Of a stretch of DNA of 64,000 nt, positions 44,312-53,147 are shown piece by piece. A program made the position numbers and the translations under genes. This stretch comes from Hyphomicrobiaceae bacterium (lineage in GTDB: Bacteria > Pseudomonadota > Alphaproteobacteria > Rhizobiales > Hyphomicrobiaceae). Position 1 is the first letter of the stretch, and each line of letters starts with the position of its first letter. The notes below the pieces were generated by a model that was not told the origin of the DNA, did not search any database, and saw only the letters and a program-made list of their open reading frames with translations. The DNA lies in NCBI GenBank assembly GCA_013141255.1, contig JABFRJ010000318.1, positions 1,053-65,052 on the forward strand, given 5' to 3'.

Positions 44312-46021
44312 CTATTTTCTGCGCTTTGGCGCGATCAAATCTGTAATAGTGCCTTCATACATTTCGGCCGCCATCGCGACTGTCTCAGACAGCGTCGGAT
44401 GAGCGTGGATCGTGGCGCCGATGTCGCCTGCCTCAGCCCCCATCTCTATTGCCAATCCAGCTTCCGCGATGAGGTCGCCTGCGTTGGGCCCAACGATGCC
44501 GCAACCAACAATCCGATGTGTATCTTCGTCGATAAGTACCTTTGTAATCCCCTCATCGCGACCGAGCGCCAGCGAACGCCCCGACGCGGCCCAGGGGAAC
44601 GCACCTTTACCAATCTTCATACCCTTGGCTTTGGCTTCCGTCTCAGTCACTCCAACCCAAGCAATCTCCGGGTCGGTATATGCCACTGATGGGATAACAC
44701 GCGCGTCAAACGCGCTCTTCATCCCCGACGCAACCTCAGCCGCGACCCGCCCTTCATGCGTCGCCTTGTGCGCCAACATCGGTTGCCCCACCACATCACC
44801 AATCGCAAAGATGTGCGGAACATTGGTCCGCTGCTGCTTATCGACCGCGATGAACCCACGATCATCAACCTGCACGCCCGCCGCCTCGGCTGAGATCAAC
44901 TTACCGTTTGGTCGCCGTCCAACCGCCACCAACATCATGTCAAACACATCAGTTACGACACCATCCGGCGTCTCCATCGTCACATGCAATCCATCGGATT
45001 TGGCGGCGCACCCAGTGACCTTGGTTTTAAGACGGATCTTTTCATACCGCTTCTCGATCCGCTTCATCAACGGCATCACAATGTCTTTGTCAGCTCCAGG
45101 AATGATCTGGTCCATGAATTCAACAACCGTGATCTTCGAACCAAGCGAGTGATATACAGTCGCCATCTCCAGACCAATAATGCCCCCACCGAGAACCAGC
45201 ATCCGTTTCGGCACCGATCGCAATTCAAGCGCACCAGTAGAATCGATAACGCGCGGGTCATTGTGCGGAACAAACGGCAATTGCACCGGCTCAGAACCAG
45301 CGGCGATTATTGCGTGATCAAATGACACAGTCGTTACCTTGCCATCCGCACTGGTGACTTTGACGGCCTTGGGGTCCGCAAACGCACCGACACCATGGAC
45401 AACGGTAACCTTGCGCTGCTTCGCCAAGCCCGAAAGCCCGCCAACAAGCTTGCCGACAACACCGTCTTTCCAAGATTTCAGGGCTGCAATATCGATCTTC
45501 GGTGCCGAAAAACGGATGCCATGAGCCCCCATATCGGACGCTTCATCCACAATCTTCGCCGCATGCAAAAGAGCCTTCGACGGAATGCAACCAACATTTA
45601 GGCACACACCGCCCAGCGTCGGCCAGCGCTCAACCAACACAACTTTTTTGCCTAGGTCCGCGGCACGAAAAGCGGCGGTATACCCACCAGGCCCCGCCCC
45701 AAGCACCAAAACCTCAGCATGCAGGTCGCCTTGCGGTACAGCAATAGCAGCAGGAGCAGCTTTAACCGGAGTTGCGCTTACTTCTGCCCCATCAGCAAAT
45801 GTAGCAATCACACTCCCCATGCTGACGCGATCACCGGCTTTCACTTTGATTTCCGCAATCGTACCCGCGCGCGGCGAAGGCACGTCCATTGTTGCCTTGT
45901 CACTTTCTAGCGTCACTAATGCCTCGTCAGCACTGACAGCCTGGCCCGCTTTGACCAGCACCTCAATGACAGGAACATTTTTGTAGTCGCCAATATCGGG
46001 AACTTTAATTTCAGTGCTCAT
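44312..46021 (-). CDS. lpdA: Dihydrolipoyl dehydrogenase (E3) with N-terminal lipoyl domain
   Basis: N-terminal lipoyl domain (TLESDKATMDVPSP). FAD motif VLGAGPGGYTAAFRAADLG, redox centre GGVCLNVGCIPSK, and the C-terminal dimerisation HAHPTLSE. Confidence 0.95.
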   Translation of the reverse strand: MSTEIKVPDIGDYKNVPVIEVLVKAGQAVSADEALVTLESDKATMDVPSPRAGTIAEIKVKAGDRVSMGSVIATFADGAEVSATPVKAAPAAIAVPQGDLHAEVLVLGAGPGGYTAAFRAADLGKKVVLVERWPTLGGVCLNVGCIPSKALLHAAKIVDEASDMGAHGIRFSAPKIDIAALKSWKDGVVGKLVGGLSGLAKQRKVTVVHGVGAFADPKAVKVTSADGKVTTVSFDHAIIAAGSEPVQLPFVPHNDPRVIDSTGALELRSVPKRMLVLGGGIIGLEMATVYHSLGSKITVVEFMDQIIPGADKDIVMPLMKRIEKRYEKIRLKTKVTGCAAKSDGLHVTMETPDGVVTDVFDMMLVAVGRRPNGKLISAEAAGVQVDDRGFIAVDKQQRTNVPHIFAIGDVVGQPMLAHKATHEGRVAAEVASGMKSAFDARVIPSVAYTDPEIAWVGVTETEAKAKGMKIGKGAFPWAASGRSLALGRDEGITKVLIDEDTHRIVGCGIVGPNAGDLIAEAGLAIEMGAEAGDIGATIHAHPTLSETVAMAAEMYEGTITDLIAPKRRK

Positions 46022-46069
46022 GGTCTCTCAATCCTGCAAAATGATCCGGTTGGTCTGCTCAAACGGACG

Positions 46070-47353
46070 TCACAGGATGAGGCGCCGCAAATCCTCAAGA
46101 GCCACTGATAACTGACGCGTAAATCGCGCGGCAGACGCACCATCAATCACACGATGATCATACGAAAGGCACAGCGGCAACATCAGACGCGGCGCAAACT
46201 CCTTGCCATTCCAGACGGGTGCCATTTTGGAGCGCACCACGCCGAGAATTGCAACTTCGGGCGCATTGACGATCGGCGTGAACGCAACGCCGCCAATGCC
46301 GCCAAGCGATGAAATCGTAAATGTGGCCCCTTGCATATCCGTCGCCGGTAATTTGCCAAGACGCGCCTTCTCTGAAATCTCGCCGAGCTCGCGACTAATT
46401 TCATGAATTCCTTTGCGATCAACATCTTTGAGAACAGGCACAACAAGCCCATCCGGCGTGTCCACCGCAACGCCAATGTTGTAGTATTTTTTATAGATTA
46501 GAGCATCTTTTTCGGGTGACAAAGACGCGTTGAAGTCGGGAAAGGCCTTAAGCGTCGCCACAGAAGCTTTCATTAAAAACGGCAACAGCGAAACCCGGAA
46601 TGGCGACTTTTTGTCAGCCTTCGCATGATCATCAAGTTCTTTGCGGTACTTCTCGATCTCGGTGATATCTGCTTCATCGGTATGCGTGACATGCGGAACA
46701 TTCAACCACGACCGGTGCAGGTGCGGCCCAGAAATGCGCTTAATGCGCGACATTGGTTTTGTCTCGATAGGTCCCCATTTTGAGAAATCGACAGTCGGAA
46801 TCTCGGGGATTCCCATACCGCCTGATGTAGCAACAGCACCGCTACTGCCGCCGCCCAAAAACTTTTTCACGTCCTCTTTGCTAATCCGACCATTATCGCC
46901 AGTACCCTTCACCTTGGACAAATCAACATCCAATTCACGTGCCAAACGACGCACACTCGGGCTCGCATGCGCATTGCCGAAATCAACCGGTGCCGGCAGG
47001 AAGCGTCCAGACGCGGGAACCGCTGAAACCGCGGCAGCGGCCGCTTTCGGCACGCTCGCAGAGGGCGGCACCGCAGCCGCACCATTTGAGACTTTCGCTG
47101 GCACCGCCCCCCCTCCGGCACTTTCAAATCGTACAATCGCCGATCCCATGCTGACGCGATCACCAACCTTGACCAAAATCTCAGCAACCCTGCCCGCCGA
47201 TGGCGCCGGCACTTCCATCGTCGCCTTATCGCTCTCAAGTGTCATCAAAGGCTCATCAGCCCTCACTTCGTCGCCAGGCTTCACCAAAATTTCGATGACG
47301 GGCACATTTTTGAAATCGCCAATGTCGGGAACAATTACGTCGATCAGGGCCAT
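46070..47353 (-). CDS. aceF: Dihydrolipoyllysine-residue acetyltransferase (E2 of pyruvate dehydrogenase)
   Basis: One lipoyl domain (TLESDKATMEVPAP), a peripheral subunit-binding domain (ASPSVRRLARELDVDL) and a catalytic domain with SYDHRVIDGA. Start taken at ATG 47353, because the ORF-track start at 47365 is TTG. Confidence 0.93.
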   Translation of the reverse strand: MALIDVIVPDIGDFKNVPVIEILVKPGDEVRADEPLMTLESDKATMEVPAPSAGRVAEILVKVGDRVSMGSAIVRFESAGGGAVPAKVSNGAAAVPPSASVPKAAAAAVSAVPASGRFLPAPVDFGNAHASPSVRRLARELDVDLSKVKGTGDNGRISKEDVKKFLGGGSSGAVATSGGMGIPEIPTVDFSKWGPIETKPMSRIKRISGPHLHRSWLNVPHVTHTDEADITEIEKYRKELDDHAKADKKSPFRVSLLPFLMKASVATLKAFPDFNASLSPEKDALIYKKYYNIGVAVDTPDGLVVPVLKDVDRKGIHEISRELGEISEKARLGKLPATDMQGATFTISSLGGIGGVAFTPIVNAPEVAILGVVRSKMAPVWNGKEFAPRLMLPLCLSYDHRVIDGASAARFTRQLSVALEDLRRLIL

Positions 47354-47413
47354 GGTGTCTCTCAAGGGACGTCGAAGCTAGAAAAACAATTACCAATTCA
47401 AACGCGCGCCAGT

Positions 47414-50092
47414 TCAGACGCGCGTCGGATCAGATTTTTCGGGGTTGATGCCATACTTGCGGATAGCATCGCTAACCGTTCGCGCAGGTAAGATCTGCGC
47501 GTCAGCCAACGACTTCAGCGCCGCGACCGCCACAAAATGCCGATCAACTTCGAAGAACGAGCGCAACCGCTTGCGGAAATCGGAACGCCCAAAACCATCG
47601 GTGCCGAGGACTTTATAAGGTTGCGGTACAAACGGCCGGATCTGTTCGGCAAAGGCCTTCATGTAATCAGTCGATGCAATCACTGGCGCATCGCCACGCG
47701 ATTTGAGGCACGCTTCAACATGAGATACGCGCGATGCCTCTTCTGGATGCAACATATTCCACCGCTCGACAGACATTGCATCGCGCGCCAGTTCAGTGAA
47801 GCTGGTCACACTCCAAATATCGGACGAAATACCGAAATCCTGCTCAAGCAATTCAGCCGCAGCGATCACTTCCCGTAGGATCGCGCCCGAGCCCATCAGC
47901 TGCACACGCTTACCCTTTGGCAAACCATCCGGCGCTTTTTTAAGCAGATACATACCCTTGAGAATACCCGCTTCCGCACCTTCCGGCATCGCTGGGTGTG
48001 CATAATTTTCGTTGAGCACAGTTAGATAGTAATAAACATCTTCATTCTTCTCGTACATGCGATGCAGTCCATCGCGCACAATAACCGCGACCTCATATGC
48101 AAATGTCGGATCATATGAGATGCAATTCGGGATCGTAGCACTGATGAGATGGCTATGGCCGTCTTCATGCTGTAGCCCCTCGCCGTTCAGCGTCGTCCGT
48201 CCAGACGTGCCGCCCACAAGAAAGCCGCGTGCACGCATATCGCCGGCGGCCCACGCCAAGTCACCAATACGCTGGAACCCGAACATCGAGTAATAAATAT
48301 AGAACGGGATCATTGGCGAATTTGATGTCGAATAGCTTGTCGCCGCAGCGATCCATGACGCCATCGCGCCCGCTTCGTTGATGCCTTCTTGCAGCATCTG
48401 ACCGCTCTTGTCTTCCTTGTAGTAAGACAATTGATCAGCATCTTGCGGACGGTAGAGTTGGCCAACTTGGCTGAAGATTCCGTACTGGCGGAACATCCCT
48501 TCCATACCGAATGTACGGCTTTCATCCGGCACGATCGGCACAATCCGTTTACCTATGCTCTTATCGCGCAGCAGAATATTGAGGCAACGCACAAACGCCA
48601 TAGTGGTGGAGTTTTCGCGCCCCTCCGATGACTTCAACAGCGGTTCAAACACACTGAGCGGCGGAATAACAAGTTCCACATCGGAATTGCGTCGACGCTG
48701 CGGTAGCGAGCCACCAAGACGGGCTCGGCTCTCCTTAAAATACGTCTCTTCAGGAGATCCTTGCGGCAATTTCAAATAGGGAAGTTTTTCGAGCTCATCG
48801 TCAGCTACCGGGACTTTGAAACGATCACGGAACTGCCGCAACGCCTCCAAGCCCATTTTTTTCTGCTGGTGCGTAATCATCTGACCTTCACCAGCTTCAC
48901 CCATTCCGTAACCTTTGACGGTCTTCGCAAGGATCACCGTCGGCTTATCTTTGCAGTCAACGGCAGCCTTGTAGGCGGCATAAACCTTCACCGCATCATG
49001 ACCGCCACGCGTCAAGGTCCAGATTTTTTCATCTGGCCAATCAGCAACCATCGCCGCTGTTTCAGGATAGCGACCGAAGAATTTCTCGCGCACATAGGCG
49101 CCATTCTTCGACTTGAAATCTTGATACTCGCCGTCAACACACTCTTCCATCAACTGCCGCAAACGGCCCGTCGTGTCTTTGGCGAGTAATTCATCCCAGC
49201 CCGAACCCCAGATACACTTGATGACATTCCACCCAGCGCCACGGAAATCGCCTTCAAGCTCCTGAATGATTTTGCCGTTACCACGCACCGGGCCATCAAG
49301 GCGCTGCAAATTGCAATTGATCACAAACACAAGGTTGTCGAGTTTCTCACGCCCCGCCAGCGCAATCGCGCCAAGGCTTTCCGGCTCATCCATTTCGCCA
49401 TCACCACAGAAAACCCAAACGTGACGATTGCTGGTATCGGCGAAACCTCGACCATGTAAATATTTTAGAAAGCGCGCCTGATAGATTGCCATCAGCGGCC
49501 CAAGACCCATTGAAACCGTCGGAAACTGCCAGAAGTCCGGCATCAGCCACGGATGCGGATACGATGACAAACCTTTGCCATCAACTTCCTGTCGGAAATT
49601 TTTCAACTGATCCTCAGTCAGTCGGCCTTCCATAAACGCACGCGCGTAAATACCGGGTGCAGAGTGTCCCTGCACAAAAATCAAATCACCACCGTGGCCA
49701 ACACTCGGCGCATGCCAAAAATGAGTGAACCCGGTCGCATAGAGAGTTGCAGCAGATTGAAACGACGCAATGTGTCCGCCAAGCTCAGAACTGTCCTTAT
49801 TCGCCTTAAGCACTATGGCAGCCGCATTCCAACGCACCGCCGCGCGCACCTTTTGCTCAAGCTCGCGATTGCCAGGATAATCCGGCTGTTCATCAGGATG
49901 GATCGTATTGATATACGCCGTATTCGCAGCAAACGGAATCCGCGCACCATGTTTGCGCGCTTCATTGACACTCGCTGTCAAAACTCGATCAGCTTCGTCC
50001 GCACCCTCAACAGCAATCACAGACCGGATAGCATCAACCCATTCTTGCGCTGACGCGTTCTGTGCATTGCTGTCTCGAGAATTGTCGTCCAT
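47414..50092 (-). CDS. aceE: Pyruvate dehydrogenase E1 component, homodimeric type
   Basis: 892 aa. The length and motifs match AceE-type E1 (GGHIASFQSAATLY, GDGEMDEPES, VPDESRTFGM). Confidence 0.97.
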   Translation of the reverse strand: MDDNSRDSNAQNASAQEWVDAIRSVIAVEGADEADRVLTASVNEARKHGARIPFAANTAYINTIHPDEQPDYPGNRELEQKVRAAVRWNAAAIVLKANKDSSELGGHIASFQSAATLYATGFTHFWHAPSVGHGGDLIFVQGHSAPGIYARAFMEGRLTEDQLKNFRQEVDGKGLSSYPHPWLMPDFWQFPTVSMGLGPLMAIYQARFLKYLHGRGFADTSNRHVWVFCGDGEMDEPESLGAIALAGREKLDNLVFVINCNLQRLDGPVRGNGKIIQELEGDFRGAGWNVIKCIWGSGWDELLAKDTTGRLRQLMEECVDGEYQDFKSKNGAYVREKFFGRYPETAAMVADWPDEKIWTLTRGGHDAVKVYAAYKAAVDCKDKPTVILAKTVKGYGMGEAGEGQMITHQQKKMGLEALRQFRDRFKVPVADDELEKLPYLKLPQGSPEETYFKESRARLGGSLPQRRRNSDVELVIPPLSVFEPLLKSSEGRENSTTMAFVRCLNILLRDKSIGKRIVPIVPDESRTFGMEGMFRQYGIFSQVGQLYRPQDADQLSYYKEDKSGQMLQEGINEAGAMASWIAAATSYSTSNSPMIPFYIYYSMFGFQRIGDLAWAAGDMRARGFLVGGTSGRTTLNGEGLQHEDGHSHLISATIPNCISYDPTFAYEVAVIVRDGLHRMYEKNEDVYYYLTVLNENYAHPAMPEGAEAGILKGMYLLKKAPDGLPKGKRVQLMGSGAILREVIAAAELLEQDFGISSDIWSVTSFTELARDAMSVERWNMLHPEEASRVSHVEACLKSRGDAPVIASTDYMKAFAEQIRPFVPQPYKVLGTDGFGRSDFRKRLRSFFEVDRHFVAVAALKSLADAQILPARTVSDAIRKYGINPEKSDPTRV

Positions 50093-50343
50093 GTAAGCGG
50101 CCCCTGCGCGTATGACAGAAAATTATGCACCCAACGGCAAAGCTAGCCTTGCAGGCCACCACACCAAGCGCGAACGTATACGAAAGGCGTAGCATCACCT
50201 TTCCGCCACAGCAACCGCAGGAGTCTAGGTGTTTGGTTAAAGTGTGTCGGCATAGGCAACATTGCCTAACGCGGTCACGACCTAAAAGTAAGACCGCAAC
50301 ATTGACCTTTAGGTCACCTCAAAACATACGACGCGCGCAGCCT

Positions 50344-51645
50344 TCAGCCCGCAATCATCGGGCGCAAACTATCAACCAATAAGCGCAACCGTACATCCGG
50401 ATCTTTAAGTCCAAGTTGGCTTTCAAACCATTCCGTCACCAACGCACAAACTTTCTCAGGCGGCGATTTCGCCAGAGCACGGCTATCCGAAAATGTTTGA
50501 ATATCCGCCTGGGTCCAACCTCTATTTTGCAATTCTACCACCAACAAATCATAGTCGCCTTGCTTTGGCACCGGATAAACACGCGGCGTCTTGCGCCCCT
50601 CATCAACGGCTTCAAACACCGCCACGAGTTGCCGCTGCAGCAACCCCGTATGGTCTTTATTTTGATAAAGTTCGATCACCCCCGGCGCCGCTTCGCCATT
50701 TGAAATGAAGGCAAAGCACGTACTAGCGCCCACACTTTTCAGATGCGCAAGATTAGCTACGAATGACTGGCCAATGGCCTGCAAATGCCCCAAAGGCGCA
50801 GCCGACGCATTTTCAGAATGGTCCCGGCGCAACTTAACCACGGCTTGCATAAGAGTCGACAGAACCTGCGTCTCAGGCGCGCCAGCCTTAACCGCCGCAG
50901 AAGCATCAGCCACGCGCGCGTTATACCAATCCGGATGCGATCGCTTGAGCAATTGAAATATCGCGGTCGACTGCAACATGCGATCCGTCACCACTGGTTC
51001 CGCCGCAAAACCTGCGATTGGCGAAGTCGAGAGCGAGCGCAAGCTAGCCCCACCACTGGACTTACCCGATAGGCTTGAAACTCCGGCAATAAGTTGCGGC
51101 AAGAAAAACCAAACACCGGCCGCCAGCACACCGACAATCAGCAAGACCAAGAACGAGTTCCGAAGTCCAGAACCGCGTACAGTCCCCTGAATCGACGCAT
51201 CCATACTCTTGTCAGTCTGAGCAACCGGGCGTGACGGAGAAGCTTGAATAGGCGCAATATCAGCAGCTCTCGTGTTTTGCGCCACCGCGGTGCGGTTATC
51301 GCCATGAGAGGAAGGTTGCGGAGATGAAGATTGCGGAGCTGGTGTCGAACGTACAGGCTCCACAATCTCCGATGTAGGACCTTGAACCCCAGCAGAAGGT
51401 GGGGTGCGCGGCGTAGCACGCCCACTTTGACCAGGATCGGGCAACAGGACATGCGCCGGACGCCACTCAGGCCACCCCTCGCGCCACACCAAATCTGTTG
51501 GCCGGAGATGACCCAGCTCAATCAACTTGCGAAACTCGATTTCTGTAACCGGACCAAATTGTTGACCGTCGCGACCAATAAACCACCGCGCCTGACCGGG
51601 TGGGCCAAGCGGTGTATCATTGGGAGCTGACGATGAAGCTGACAT
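50344..51645 (-). CDS. GYF_2 (DUF4339) domain membrane protein with unknown C-terminal domain
   Basis: From ATG 51645. GYF_2-like RWFIGRDGQQFGPVTEIEFRKLIELGHLRPTDLVWREGWPEWRPA, a P/S-rich linker, one TM (FLVLLIVGVLAAGVWFFL), then a ~230-aa domain. Confidence 0.75.
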   Translation of the reverse strand: MSASSSAPNDTPLGPPGQARWFIGRDGQQFGPVTEIEFRKLIELGHLRPTDLVWREGWPEWRPAHVLLPDPGQSGRATPRTPPSAGVQGPTSEIVEPVRSTPAPQSSSPQPSSHGDNRTAVAQNTRAADIAPIQASPSRPVAQTDKSMDASIQGTVRGSGLRNSFLVLLIVGVLAAGVWFFLPQLIAGVSSLSGKSSGGASLRSLSTSPIAGFAAEPVVTDRMLQSTAIFQLLKRSHPDWYNARVADASAAVKAGAPETQVLSTLMQAVVKLRRDHSENASAAPLGHLQAIGQSFVANLAHLKSVGASTCFAFISNGEAAPGVIELYQNKDHTGLLQRQLVAVFEAVDEGRKTPRVYPVPKQGDYDLLVVELQNRGWTQADIQTFSDSRALAKSPPEKVCALVTEWFESQLGLKDPDVRLRLLVDSLRPMIAG

Positions 51646-52066
51646 ACCTAGAATACAACCTTGTTCGATGATGTCTCGAATTCGACAACTTAGGGAACCG
51701 ACCGACAGTACGAACACAACATCCCGCGAGTTAACCTCCCGAGAATCTTCCAAAAATCTAGATGGACCGCGCACATAACAGAAGCCCCGGACGCCTCATA
51801 ACTGCGAGCAGTGGCAACACTGCGGCAAATTGATCACAGAATAGGCAGGTATTGCCGTGTATTTGGGAACAAGTCAGCCGCGCACCTCACGCGCAATAGC
51901 AGCAGCTAAACAACGAGCCTGATTTTCCAACCCTGAGGCTTGCGACTGGAGACATCGGCGAGCATTGTAACGTCGACTCTGCCACAATGTTCGACTGCGA
52001 AGAAGCCGCCCTATCGGTTGCTTGACCGGTCCGATGTCTAGACTATGCCTGTAGCTTGGAGGCCCC

Positions 52067-53125
52067 ATGTCCAAAACCCGCCGTACGGAGATCCCAACAG
52101 CCTCTCACGGCCAATCGAGCATAGCCGGATCCGGGCAATATCCCCAAGTCCGCATGCGCCGCAATCGCAAGGCTGACTGGTCGCGCCGCCTCAACGCCGA
52201 GCATCAACTCTCAGTGGACGACTTGATTTGGCCCATATTCCTAATCGATAGTAAAACACCCAGAACACCCATCGACCACATGCCCGGCGTTGACCGATTG
52301 AACATCGATGCAGCCGTCAAAGCCGCCTTGGAAGCTGCCAAACTCGGCATCCCAGCCATTGCACCATTCCCCTATGTCGACAAAGCCCTCCGCGATCCAA
52401 CAGGATCAGAAGCTATCAAAGCCACAAACTTGATGTGCCGCGCCGTCGCCGCCATCAAAAATGCAGTGCCCGAACTCGGCGTGATCACTGACGCGGCACT
52501 AGATCCCTACACCAGCCACGGCCACGACGGTGTGCTCGACGAAAAAGGTCGGATACTCAACGACGACTCCATTGAAATTCTGATCAAACAATCGTTGGCC
52601 CTTGCCGCCGCTGGCACCGATTGCATTTCCCCCTCCGATATGATGGACGGTCGTGTGGGCGCAATCCGCACAGCGCTAGACGCTGCTGGCTATCAAGATG
52701 TACAAATCATGTCGTACGCGGCAAAATACGCGTCGGGATTTTATGGCCCCTTTCGTGATGCCATCGGCACCAACGCCACACTGATCGGCGATAAGCGCAC
52801 GTACCAAATGAATCCCGCCAATTCTGACGAGGCCCTCCGAGAGGTTGCCCTAGACATCGCCGAAGGGGCCGACATGGTAATGGTCAAACCCGGCATGCCG
52901 TATCTCGACATTGTCCGACGCGTCAAAGATACTTTCGCGGTTCCAACCTACGCCTATCAAGTCTCTGGCGAATACGCGATGCTAATGGCGGCGATCAAAA
53001 ATGGCTGGCTCGATCCTGACCGCGTGATCATGGAAGCGCTTCTATCATTCAAACGCGCCGGTGCCGACGGAATCCTCACATATTTCGCCCTCGATGCAGC
53101 CAAGCGCCTAAAAGCCAGTCAGTAG
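52067..53125 (+). CDS. hemB: Porphobilinogen synthase (delta-aminolevulinic acid dehydratase)
   Basis: RMRRNR..., the active-site region SYAAKYASGFYGPFRD and MVKPG..YLDI. GGAGG lies upstream of the ATG. Confidence 0.97.
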   Translation: MSKTRRTEIPTASHGQSSIAGSGQYPQVRMRRNRKADWSRRLNAEHQLSVDDLIWPIFLIDSKTPRTPIDHMPGVDRLNIDAAVKAALEAAKLGIPAIAPFPYVDKALRDPTGSEAIKATNLMCRAVAAIKNAVPELGVITDAALDPYTSHGHDGVLDEKGRILNDDSIEILIKQSLALAAAGTDCISPSDMMDGRVGAIRTALDAAGYQDVQIMSYAAKYASGFYGPFRDAIGTNATLIGDKRTYQMNPANSDEALREVALDIAEGADMVMVKPGMPYLDIVRRVKDTFAVPTYAYQVSGEYAMLMAAIKNGWLDPDRVIMEALLSFKRAGADGILTYFALDAAKRLKASQ

Positions 53126-53147
53126 CGCAAGCCGGCAAAGCCTCCAT

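Noticed and set aside
44412-47381. Two 246-aa ORFs on the plus strand (44412..45152 and 46641..47381) inside lpdA and aceF
   Set aside because: They are antisense shadow ORFs of strongly supported genes. Their translations are Ala/Ser/Pro/Thr-rich low complexity with no start context. This is typical of open antisense frames in GC-rich coding DNA.
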